This document shows positions 9,100 to 19,264 of a DNA stretch of 19,264 nt, one piece after another. Positions within the stretch are counted from its first letter, which is position 1; each line of letters starts with the position of its first letter. This DNA comes from Chlorokybus atmophyticus (taxonomy: Eukaryota > Plantae > Mesostigma and Chlorokybus algae). The stretch spans positions 1 to 19,264 of the forward strand of contig RHPI01000277.1 of the NCBI GenBank assembly GCA_009103225.1. The letters are read 5' to 3'. The notes under the pieces were generated by a model. That model made no database searches and was not told the DNA's origin. It saw only the letters and a list, made by a program, of their open reading frames with translations. The translations under genes and the position numbers were made by a program.

Positions 9100-9650
9100 T
9101 GTTACACGATGATCGTGGCTGAGCATACCATTACAACAAAGTTTTACGGGTATATATCACCAGCAATTACCAAATTGGTCTAAGTTGAGTGTGTGGTAGT
9201 GGCTCACAACTCTATGATCGCATGCCGTAGTTTTAGATGAGTATGTAGAGTTATTAAGATCCGTATTGTTACATCAAGATACCGTATACAAGTTTACACC
9301 TGAAACCGGTTAATATGCAACACTTTAAAGAGCTTGCCTCTTCAAGTAATGTCAGCAATGTTGCATATTGCAATCAGATTGTTGAAGACCAAGGGCCTAA
9401 AAGCGACATAGACCGCCTCTGAAAGATTACCATCACACATCACCCTTGAACCTCATGCAATGCCCTTAAAGTATGGACATCGGGTAACACATAATTCAAA
9501 AACCACGTGCATGGCACGAGACTTGCGTGTGCGCACCTGTGTTCCGCACGCAAACAGAATCGACGAGCTGAAGCTGCTCCACACTCAGCTCGTGGCATGC
9601 ACACGGCCGGCACGTTTGCCCGCCAGCTTTGCGGCAGACTCCCCTTGGGG
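9100..9650 (+). pseudogene. AT-enriched decayed coding fragment (3' portion of unit), copy 1
   Basis: VVLDEYVELLRSVLLHQDTVYKFTPETG* (~9227-9311). TTA TTA AGA TCC GTA TTG (9251-9268) vs CTA CTA CGA GCA GTT CTA (2286-2303). IDELKLLHTQLVAC (~9559-9600). Confidence 0.45.
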
Positions 9651-9694
9651 ACGCCATTCTGTTTTAGGAGCGAAAACTGCGCTCCAAGCACTCG

Positions 9695-9836
9695 CAGCGA
9701 CTTGCCCTCTTCATGATGAAGTGACAAGCCGATCATGTATTTATGATTGATAGGGCGTAATGGCCCGCTGCACGCGCGGATGTAGCACAGCCATAACTTA
9801 CGCAGCTAGGCAAACGGGCAGTAGGCTGTGCAGCTA
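9695..9836. other. Conserved non-coding, potentially structured element, copy 2
   Basis: CAGCGACTTGCCCT 9695-9708; GCACAGCC 9785-9792 pairs perfectly with GGCTGTGC 9824-9831; core ATAACTTACGCAGCTAGGCA; GGGCAGT 9816-9822; AGCT 9832-9835. Confidence 0.8.
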
Positions 9837-9979
9837 GAAAGCGTGCTGGCTAGGCTTTATAGTGTGTACTGCTGCTAGGCCTACAACAGGGCTTACGGTG
9901 CGATTCGGTGCGCAGCCGATATATGCCCCACAGGCTGTGAGCCACAGCACCAAAGCTCAGCGGCGGTTGCAGTGTGGTG

Positions 9980-12900
9980 ATGGGCGGCGATGTCGGTGTC
10001 GGTGTCGGTGACGGCTGGGGACAATTGGCGTTCCGTTGAGTAGGGCATATTGAGATGCGGCACCGGCGATGGTGATAGTTGTGCCCGCCGGCGGCGGCGG
10101 GGTGGTGGTGTGGTGTGGTGTGTTTCATGCGTGGGAGGTGCGTCAAACGAGAGCTTGCTGTCGCGGTCTCACTGACTGGCAGTCTGCGTAAGGACTGTGC
10201 ACTGGCTTGCTACCAAGCCCGTTTGGGGGTTGGTGCCATCCCGTTGTTAGTGTGCGTAAACTGCTTCAGGTGACGGATGGGCATGTCCCCCCAACAAGGC
10301 TTTGAAGCTGCCAGAGGCATCCATGCGTGGCATACGATTGGTACGTGTTGGATGGCAAGCAGCTAAGGACCACTTTCCACACACTCATCATTCCTCAGGT
10401 GATGTGATTTGACAGGGCTCGCCTAGCTTTTGCCACTCCTTGTTGATCATAGCAGCTGCATGGAGCATCATGATGGCACCATGATGGCTGACATATGCTT
10501 AACTTGAAGACAATCAGGCTGCATGTGTCAATTAGTGCTGCTGGCCTTTCAGTGCATGCTCATTGTTGTGCGCCCTTAATCATGCGTGATGTACGTCAGG
10601 AGCAGGCATGCATACGGTGTTTGATATGCCACCTACTGCAGAGAGAGTTTCGTGCTTCGTGCTGTTGTAGAGGCAACAGCACGCAGGACTGTGCGCTGTC
10701 ACCAGATTCTGAGACAGCTACTGGCTTCCACTGACAATGGTCGAGTCCGATTTGCATTGCCAGTTGCGAGCCGCTGTGAGAAAATTCTGCGTACAACTGC
10801 ACTGTTTGCTGCTGCCCTCTTGAACAATGACCTTCCTGCTGACTGTGTGTGCGCGTGTGGATGTACATGCGTGTGCGTGTGCTTGTGTTCTCTGCCCCAA
10901 GGCAGGTTTCTTTTCACTGCTTTCCAGGACAGTGAAAACTCTCTAGTCAGTGTCCGTGTGAAGTGCAATGCGCTTCGCAGTCCTGCACAAGTTTTGGCAA
11001 GGAGGCCCTCTACGTCTGCAGCCAAGTTGGCCAATGAATTGCAGCTGGTCAGAAGTGCCAGACCAATGGACCAACACTGTTGTTGACCACTCGCATATAA
11101 TACCACTCGCGGGAATGGATGACACCATGCTTACCGGGTTACCACAGTAATGTCATTGGTCATTGCAACGACTTATTTCATTGGCATGACAGTTGCTCTT
11201 TATCTCCTGCCTGGAGACGCTTATGGCGCCTGGAGATGATGCAGCATGTGAGGGTCATCATGTGAAGGCTGTGGAACACTGACATGTGCACGCACGGTCA
11301 AGAACGTCAGCACTGCTAGGTGCATTGCAGACACAGTGTCACAGATGGTTTGGTGAGAGCTGGCCGTGGGCACCCCAACCAGATCATGTTGCGCATCTTG
11401 CCAGCATTGCCTGGCCAGCTATGAACTTGCAAAATCGAAAGACGTGCACGGGGCTTATGCGTGTTGGAGTTTGAAGCCTCGCGAAAGACTCACAACACTC
11501 TTCGTGAACAACAGAGCATGTCCTCCGCAGTGACAGTACTGTTTCAGTTATGTGTCGATGGCTTTCTTGCTGACTGCCTAATCAACAGCAACTTCAACAG
11601 GCTGCGCCTGATCGGACAAGAGTGCCACCAGTTGAGGCTGGCTCACGACAAGACTGTGGGAACACTACCTTATAGTTCCGTTCACTCAACATGCTGCTTG
11701 TAGATTGTCAGCTGTGTTGCCCTGCTGCAGACAGAATCCGTTATACCTGCCAACATGTTCGGAATTGCCCCTCTTGTTTTACATACAGAGGATTGCGAAA
11801 AACCGCCAGCTTGCGAAAGACTTCAGAGGGTCTGGGTGCGAGATACCTCCACGAGCTGAGGTCAGTGCACACTTGCAAGTCATGTCAGCAAGTATGCCTG
11901 TGAGCACAGGATGTGTGTTGCAGTGACTATACATGCGCGCGATGAAAGCGTGCGAGGCTGCCGCGTTCACATCTTACAACCCCATGACACGTGAAAAGCA
12001 TCCTCAATGCCTTCATGTCCATCAGCGCATACCCTCTGTCTGTGTTGCATTCTGTGCTGTCTGCGCCAGGGTGTTTTCAAGTCTTGCCAGTGGCATAGTG
12101 GCATTCGCACTGTGCACTGGTGGCCTCGAGCCAATCGCTATAGACAATGACGTGTGTTGGTTGGCGCAGACCACATCGCCAAGTGTGCTCAGCTTGACAC
12201 TACAACGGGGATGCGAAGACAACAGGTGACCCATAGAAAGCTGTCATCTCTGTGCAATGGTGCCGTCGTACGTCGTACTAGCAGTGTTTCGGAGTCCAGC
12301 ATGGAGTTCAGTATGTGACAACCGTGCGTGCGCGTGCATGTGAGAGAGGGCGGGGGAGCTCTGTGTCCAGTTAGTTGGTGCATGAATGCATTGCTAAGTC
12401 AACTCTTCTAGCTTTTGCGTACTGTGATGCTGTCTTGCACCACCCAGCAACGGTTATCTGTGCAAAGATTATTAGTCAAAGAGACTCATAAGCACGCATG
12501 GCTTCTTGATGTGCATGCACTGCAATGAAGCGGTGTAGTGAATGAAGTTGGTCCCTGGGCAGAGCGATTGCGTGACAACGAGCGAACTTAGCACCGGCGA
12601 AGATGGGAAGCTGCAACAAGAGTAGTGCTGTTGTGCACTTGATGTCTTTTTTTGGTGTTGCGTCAGCATTGCCTGTCACAGCTGTTTAACAAACGCCAAG
12701 ACCGCGTGATGTCAGCCAGTGCAGTGCATAATGCAACTTCTGCTTACTTGCTATTCTCACAAAAATTAAGTTGATGATCTCAGGGCACACGACCAGGGAG
12801 GAGATGCACGGCGGAGAAGAGGCCAATTTCATGTTACACGCACGGATCCTGCGGAGCAAGGTGTGCGCCATATGGTCGAGTGACAACGGATACGCGTGCT

Positions 12901-13000
12901 GGTATGATGCGGGTAGGCGTGCATACGAGACAGCATTAGAATGCCCGTATGCTGGTTGTGTTGGTAACAACTGGTAACGAGTTGTGTGCTCTGTGCGACA
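9980..13000 (+). pseudogene. Decayed coding region (5' portion of unit), copy 2
   Basis: HAWE 10126-10137 then ELAVAVSLTGSL; VTDGHVP 10270-10290; VLDGKQL; RLAFATP; IRLHV; LFAAALLN; RLIGQECHQL (~11605); RQL..ELRSVHTCKS (~11805-11882); WHSGI 12091-12105. Multiple TGA/TAG stops and frameshifts. Ends are approximate. Confidence 0.6.
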
Positions 13001-14517
13001 TGCCGCGCTTGCACTAAACCTTCAAGGATTGCAGGGAGGCTGCACGCACACATGCTCCCTGTGTATTACACACGCACACACACACATTTGCGTCCTCGTT
13101 TGAAGTCTTACTCACTCTTGTTGTCACACTTGCACACTCACTCCCATACATATTGCGTCGCACATGCAGCTGTGTGGTCTGCGTATCCATATCTTATAAA
13201 TCGTTGTGTTGTTTGCGCGTGGTACGCTGGCTGAACACCATGCGGTGGCCCCCGTCATGTGTGACTGGGCATGGACAAGTAACACTTGATGGTGCTGCAC
13301 CTGACAGTTGCGGCAAGCACTTGGAGGGGACCATGTCATGGGGTGAGTTGTGTCCAAAGCATGAATTGCACATGCTATGTGTGACGCTTGGCTTCTGCCA
13401 TGACTCACTCTTGGATGTTAGTACAAACCATGATACTACAGGCTAACTGTACGCGTTGCCTGCGTGTGACGTGACTGTTTTGCAATGGTGTAGTCATCGT
13501 TGTTGTGCCCAGGACCATGCTGGTCGCTCGACTAGACCTCGTCCGTATGAGCATCTATGGGCCGCCTATTTGCGAGCCAGCTCAAAATATAGTGTCATGC
13601 CTGGCAGCGCAGTCATCAGCATCGTGCGCCAGCCACCAGCGCAAGACTGCATTTTGTTGTAATCCAAGGGCATGTTGAATGCTCGCACGCACACCAAAGC
13701 CTCCTGCGTTTTCTGAGAATGCGCTGCGTGCGTGCAGTGTATAGCTACAGCATAGCTACGAGCTCTAACAGTACTCACCGTGACATGCTCTGAGGAGGAC
13801 AAGCATACCGTCACCCAAAGGAAGATTCATAGGGTTCATGGACAGCCACCTGTTGTTGATGGAACTCGCGGGTGTCCGCGAGCCACACAGGTAGTGGCCC
13901 ACGGAGCAACAAGTGGAAGCGGTGGATGTTCGCCAAACAGGGGAAGCATGCCATCCATCCCGTTATGTCAAGATGGGTTTTGGACTTCTTTGCAGTGCTT
14001 GAGGTGTGAGCAGCCGTAGTAAGTGCTCGTTTGTGGGAGTTGTAATATGACAACAGGTACTATGCTTCAGCGTGGCAGCTGTACTTAACCACCATGGCGT
14101 TGCGACGGCAGCAGCAGGCCCAAGCGTACTGTTTGATGGCAGCGTAGAGTGCCCCCCAAACATTGCAGCCACACTACCCTTTGATCTTCTGCCACAGAGG
14201 TATGATAGGGTACTCACACCACGTGCATGGCATGTTCAACATGCCAGATTGTTGAGTTGTGTGTCTGTGTTTCCTACCATGCATTGTTCGAGTATATGAG
14301 CATGCAGTATGTGCGCACATGCAATGCCAGAACTAATGCTTCTGTTTTACAAGCAATCTGCAGTGCGTGTGCGTGTCTGTGTCTCACTCACACCCTGTAA
14401 CCCGATATGTGGCACTCTGTGTGAGTACTGCTTTGCTGGCAAAGAAGGCGGTTTTGCAGCCGTGTGACTTGTAGAGTTACCATGCACAAGGGGTCCTGCC
14501 TTGTGAACGGTAACAGT

Positions 14518-14602
14518 AATATACGTAGTCAGCTGGTGACACCACCTTTCACCAGGCATTATGCCTGGTGAAAGGTGGTATCACCAGCTGACTATGTATA
14601 TT
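14518..14602. repeat. Long near-perfect inverted repeat (42-bp arms, 1-nt loop)
   Basis: Left arm 14518-14559 AATATACGTAGTCAGCTGGTGACACCACCTTTCACCAGGCAT; right arm 14561-14602 is its reverse complement with 2 differences. Confidence 0.95.
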
Positions 14603-15049
14603 GATGTTAGTGAGTGTGCAGTATAGTCGTACTTCCTGCTTTCTTCACCATGCTGAGTTGAAGACCGTAAATGCTGTATTGGTCTGTGGTCGTCACACAC
14701 TCATGAAGTCGTGCTCTGAAGCAGGTTGACATGTATGCCGAAACGTGCTGGGCAGGTTGCTGGATGTGCCAACTTGGGCTGGACAACCTACCCCAGCTGC
14801 GGAGAGTTAGGAGCGCACCGTGTCACTTGGCGGACATGCGTCAAGACTGCAGCCCACCCTGTTCCAAATGAGGACGCAGTTGCACATGAGGCGTGCTGAG
14901 CGTATGCATGTCGTGCAGTTGCATTAGACATGTTGACATGTGCACACGCGGAAACCGTGCAGGTACATGCGCACACACACGCACACCCACGAAATTGTAG
15001 ACGCACGCACATGGAGACACGTGCACACGCTGTGCGCAGTGCTACAGCT

Positions 15050-17410
15050 CATAGCAACCCTCCATGATGGCAGGTCACAACTGGCAATCACTAACGACTG
15101 CTACACAATTGGCATTGGTTGGTATTGCAGAACTGTGTTCACAGAGTGGCGGGGTGAAGGCTGGTAAGAGCGGTGTCAGGCGCACCCGCTGTCGGCTGTA
15201 CAACCAACATGCTCTTATAGTGCACCGCAAGTGACTTCTGCACTGCTGGCCAGGTACACTTGTGCTTGATGGTGATCGGGCTGGGGTGCACAAAGGTGGT
15301 TTGCTGCATATGTGGAATGCAGTGTGTTTTCTGGCAGTGGAGCGCATGCTGTGCTCGTGCCATACATTAACAATGTGTGCGATGCTGTATGCTTGCACAT
15401 GCAAATTGTGCGATCCTGTACACAGGGCGCGTGCGATTTGGCAGTAGGTGATCACCAATTTTGTCATGACGACACACAGTACGATGAGCAAAGACCCTCT
15501 GCATAGCAAGTAGCTGCTGCAACAAGTTGTGTTAGCAACCAGATGGACATGCAGAAGCCAACGGCAGGCGCTCACTTGCAGCAAACCGTCATGTGTCCAG
15601 GCGCACCGTGCAACCCGAGGCGGCAATGAGTGCAGCCCCCTTCCCCAAGGAAGCTGAACACTTGGATATGCGCACTTATAACCATTGGACTGCCTAAACT
15701 GCTACGGAATATTGACGCTTGATGGCTTGTGCATCAGCTAGCACCTTGATGCAGCTGTGGTGGGTGTCAAATGCATTCAATTGCATCAAATCGGTTAATG
15801 AGTCCATGTGACTGAGGGTGCCCCTGCATATCGATCTGTAACCAAAGGAAGTCGCATACATGTACGTGAGCACTTACAATAATGGTTTCTTCAGGGGTCG
15901 GCAATGTGTCTACTCGACATGCACATACTGCTGTGTGTGATGTACTCAGCTGACTCACGCAGCGGTGCATCATACTTCAACCCCGTAGTGATAGGTTTCA
16001 TGCAGCTGTAGAAGTTGGACTACAACGGTACGGCAACCACTATAGATAGAATAACTCACATGTTGCTTGTTTACATTTTGAAAATGCAGCAATAGCTAGA
16101 CAAATTGACGTGTAATCAAATGTACAACTGATGTTTCAACAACCTTCAACATTGTCGGCCATGGATTGTACAACTGGTCACAGGCAACCCTAGATATCTT
16201 GGAACAACACGCTAGCATCCCGTACGGTCAAATGTGAGAGTTACACATCCTGAAACAAATGAGTAGACAGCCTCTTGGTTTGCGGCGCGCAAAAGCATCC
16301 CATCTCCAATACAGCCAGCATTCTGGTAGCGAGCAATTGATGTGCTGAGAGTACGGAGAAGTTGCTTAGGAAATGACTCGCAGAATGCAAAGCGAGCAGG
16401 CGGCACCGGCAACCTCTGCATGCTCGGTCAAAGGAGAGCAGAACATTTGCAATGTACGTTCAGTGAAGGCCAGAGCAGTGTAGGCGAATGCAATGCACAG
16501 AGCGCGTGGACAGTGAGGCATATGAATGCAATTGTACTTACCTGCTAACATTATGCCATGCTTGCATTTTAACTTCAGCAATTGATCTGCTGAGAAACTG
16601 CTAGGATGTAAAAGCCTTGCAAGCAGCCATGCACAGTCAACGATGGATAGTTGCTTTCTCGCCGAGGGTTGGGTACAATTGCTCAGAACAGCTTTCAGCT
16701 CCCATCGGTGGCATCTGAGGCTGCAAACAACTTGATATGGCGCTATCACTTGCATAAAAATAACAGCAACAACGCAGCAGACTGCTGTGGCGTTGCGCCA
16801 TGCATCCTTGCTGCATTTACCAAGCGCATGCTTATCGCATGAAAACCAGCTTTGTGGCAAACTTAGCAAACCAACCTTCTGTGCAGAGGTAGAGCTGCCC
16901 TTAATAGGCCGTGTATGGCTGCCAACAGCTTGTAGCCGCGCCTGCCCGCTTTGCAAGCGACATGTTGAGATGCGACCTTGTAACCCGGCACAAGCATTGA
17001 AGGAGGGCCCACAGCCCCTAATGCACGCAAGCGACAACTCCCTCCCACTTGCTGTTGTTGACTGACTACTCAGCCACAAGCACTACACGCAGGATTAGGG
17101 TCCTGGCATCCTGGCAGGCATGGCATGGCAGCAAAGACTCACCACTCACCGCAAGAGCGAGCGCGGCATGAACTAATAGACCGATTGAAAGCTGGCTGCA
17201 CACACGCTGCGCCTCACCCAGCTTGTGGCATGCACATCGCTGGCATTTGCCTCCCATATAATCGTTGCGGCCCGAGCCGTGCGCGAATGGACACAAGCGG
17301 CAAGCCAGACGCACACGGCTGGCGCGAAACTGCACCGCAGCGCAAGCTTCCATGTAGGGTTACATTCCATTTTGTGGGACGTTATTATCATGTTATTGAT
17401 AAAGTAGGGG
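15050..17410 (+). pseudogene. Decayed coding fragments (3' portion of unit), copy 2
   Basis: IGIGWY (~15108-15125), W*RAIDVLRVRR (~16323-16360; TAG where copy 0 appears to have TGG), LIDRLK (~17173) and LRLTQLVAC 17207-17233. Confidence 0.4.
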
Positions 17411-17450
17411 ACCGACCCTAGCGCCCCGTCAGCAGCACTATTAGTTCCAC

Positions 17451-17490
17451 ACTGCAGCAGTACTCTGTAGTGTCGTACTACTGCTGCAGT
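17451..17490. repeat. 12-bp hairpin related to the 2001-2032 hairpin
   Basis: ACTGCAGCAGTA (17451-17462) / TACTGCTGCAGT (17479-17490). Shares GTACTACTGCT with 2021-2031. Confidence 0.8.
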
Positions 17491-17521
17491 ACGGTAGGCC
17501 CGTCGGTAAGGACGAAGTCGG

Positions 17522-17651
17522 CAGCGACTTGCCTCACTGGCAATAATTCGATAACGATTTTGGTCACAACTGGCGCGGATTTGGCACAGCCATAACTTGC
17601 GAAGCTAGGCAGAATAAAGGCAGTGGCGGTGGTGGGCTGGCTGTGCAGCTA
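17522..17651. other. Conserved non-coding, potentially structured element, copy 3
   Basis: CAGCGACTTGCCT from 17522; GCACAGCC 17584-17591 pairs perfectly with GGCTGTGC 17639-17646; core ATAACTTGCGAAGCTAGGCA; AGGCAGT at ~17618; AGCT 17647-17650. Confidence 0.8.
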
Positions 17652-17779
17652 AAAAGGTATGTTTAGGTCCAAGGTTGGCAGCAGCAGTAGCTCTTCTTTT
17701 AGGCTTACCACGCTGTGGAGCAGTCTAGTTGTGGAGCAGCGGTGGCGGCGCTATCGCTGTTGTCGCCGTTCTTGTCGTT

Positions 17780-19150
17780 GTTCCGTGTCGGTGATGGGTG
17801 GGACACGGCAGGCGCTGTGCCGCAAGGAAGGAGGAGATGTCGCCTCGGCGGCGGTGGTGGTCTGTTTATGCCTTTGAGGTGCGTCGTGAGCTTGCTGTCG
17901 CCACTGACTGGCAGCCTCTTGTATAAGGATAGTGCACTGCTGAGCATGGGCCTGCTACCCAAGTCCGTTTGATCATATCAGCGGCTATCTCGTCTTGTTT
18001 GTGTGTGCAAGAGTGCTTTATGCGAGTAGCGGATGGGCATGACCCGACGAGCTTGCAAGCTCGCTGACAGTGGTAGCCAAGCCTTGATCAGGCACGGCTG
18101 AGGCAGCCTATGCTGTTCAGCACATTGCAGCACTTCGTGTTTGACGGCGAGCAGCTAATCCATGCTGAAGCCGAGGACTGCCTCTCCTCCTCTTACTCAT
18201 CACGCCTCAGGCAGTGGTAGTGATATAAAGCTCGCCTTTGCCACTCCTCCTCACATATGCCAGCCATACAACCACAGGTTGCGTGGGGCATGCTGGATCA
18301 TGCTCAACACAGTCAGGCTGCATGTGTCGTTGAAGTGCTTTGCGCTAGACTGTAAACTGCCCTTGCAATTTGAGTCATGGCTGGTCTCTCAGCTGATGCG
18401 TACTTTGCTGTGCGCGCTCACTTGTGCGCGGCCTGTACGAAGAATGCATTTTTGCACACATTGCCATGAAAGAGACAAGGAGTTCGGTAGGCCACACCTA
18501 CAGCCTGTATGTGGAAGCAACAGCACTATGCGCGGTCGCCAGAAGTTCTGAGCCAGCTACTGGCTTCCACCTACAAGGCTCAAGTCCGCTCTGAGCATTG
18601 CCAGTTGCAAGCCGTAATAAAAATCTGCCTGCAACTGCACTGTTTACTGCCACAACCAACATTATGATTGTCCTGCCGGCTGTGGGTGCGTGTGTGGACG
18701 TGCGCGTACGGGTGCACATGCGCGCGCGTGTGTGCGTGTGTGTATAGGATCAAGGGAAAGAGTCTGTACGTCGTCCATTGTACGTATGTGCATGCCTCTG
18801 CTGGCGTTCTTGCCTGTAAAGCGACATTCTTCTCACTATTTCCTGGACAACAATGTGGCCCACGCACTCTGTTCAGGGTTCAAGTGCAATTCTGGTGAGT
18901 CTGGTACAAGCTGGTTTTACGGGCATAAAGACCCTCGTGGTTTGCAGTCAAATTGGCCTCAAACCACTGCTGGTCAGATATTTGAGACCCATTTCGCGGA
19001 TCCATTGCTGCATTGTTTGTGAGCAGGCCGAAGCTTGTACTTGCATGTACATAAGGTGGTCTCAAGTGGGACATGCTGTTGTTCATGATGTCAAGTGTCA
19101 ATGACAGACCCTGGATGTGCATGCAGGGCACCTGTTGACTAGCCTTGTAT
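17780..19150 (+). pseudogene. Decayed coding region (5' portion of unit), copy 3
   Basis: VGDGW; YAFEVRRELAV (from 17867); SLTGSLLYKDSALL; VADGHDP 18026-18046; FVFDGEQLIHAEAED (~18134-18178); KLAFATPP; MLNTVRLHV; NWPQ. Frameshifts relative to the other copies. Confidence 0.6.
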
Positions 19151-19264
19151 TCCGGTTGTTGGACCTCTCATGTTTCATACACTGGCGGTTTCAAAAGCTG
19201 CTGCGCATACCGGCTTGTGTTTTGTTTGTTTTATTGTTTTTTGGGTTGTCTGTGTGTGTGTGTG

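Larger units (their letters stand above)
4141..9640 (+). repeat. Copy 1 of the tandem unit (about 5.5 kb; middle shortened and containing an N gap)
   Basis: Carries motifs CCCTTGGGGACG (4146), CAGCGACTTGCCCT (4217) and CACAGCCATAACTT (4325). Colinear with copy 2 at an offset of about 5.1-5.5 kb from ~4150 to ~7700. Matches copy 0 again at 9251-9268 (vs 2286-2303) and 9574-9600 (vs 3936-3959). Confidence 0.85.
9641..17400 (+). repeat. Copy 2 of the tandem unit (about 7.8 kb, apparently full length)
   Basis: Carries the same motifs at 9642, 9695 and 9786. The 5' part aligns with copies 1 and 3 and the 3' part with copy 0. The distance to the next CAGCGACTTGCC motif (17522) is 7827 bp. Confidence 0.85.
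9641..17400 (+). mobile_element. Putative decayed, unclassified transposable element (one full unit of a head-to-tail array)
   Basis: Inference only. The unit is element-sized (~7.8 kb), tandemly arranged, has degenerate coding sequence and carries a highly conserved cis motif. I found no RT, DDE, HUH, tyrosine-recombinase or helicase signature, and no TIR or TSD. Confidence 0.35.
17401..19264 (+). repeat. Copy 3 of the tandem unit (5' part, truncated by the window end)
   Basis: Motifs at 17522 and 17585, followed by the same ordered blocks as copies 1 and 2: GAGGTGCGTC..GAGCTT..CACTGACT, GGGCATG, ACTCATC..CCT.AGG, CCACTCCT, CAGGCTGCATGTGT, C(T)ACTGGCTT, TTGGCC. Confidence 0.9.

Noticed and set aside
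11105-11135. LAGMDD resembling the reverse-transcriptase YxDD motif
   Set aside because: The DD is not conserved in copy 1 (LA*MTA at ~5867), and no other RT motifs are visible.
4489-12229. Non-standard genetic code (TAA/TAG=Gln) as an explanation of the broken ORFs
   Set aside because: The interruptions include TGA stops and many frameshifts, so recoding would not restore open frames.
16366-17079. Longest ORF in the track (237 aa, minus strand) and other 130-180 aa ORFs
   Set aside because: No recognisable domain and no conserved counterpart in other copies; most are antisense to the decayed + strand coding relics or run through low-complexity repeats.

Overview
This window looks eukaryotic: GC is moderate, TG/CA and alternating purine-pyrimidine tracts are abundant, and there are homopolymer-flanked N gaps. 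The style suggests a green alga, but that assignment is low confidence. I can recognise no intact gene, tRNA, rRNA, CRISPR array or named transposon ORF, and most entries in the supplied ORF track look like chance ORFs. Aligning the window against itself by eye shows a head-to-tail array of strongly diverged copies of one unit of about 7.8 kb. There is a 3' partial copy (1-~4140), a shortened copy with an assembly gap (~4141-9640), an apparently full-length copy (~9641-17400) and a 5' partial copy (~17401-end). Each unit contains long, decayed + strand coding sequence: copies share short peptides with synonymous third-position changes, but every copy has frameshifts and stops. I could not assign the protein to a family. 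Each unit also has a far better conserved non-coding element, CAGCGACTTGCC ... CACAGCCATAACTTRCGMAGCTAGGCA ... GGCAGT ... GGCTGT..AGCT, which can form a stem plus a crossing helix. Several perfect or near-perfect hairpins occur in single copies, including one with 42-bp arms at 14518-14602. My best hypothesis is a decayed tandem array of an unclassified mobile element with a structured cis-element; a pseudogenised tandem gene family is the alternative.
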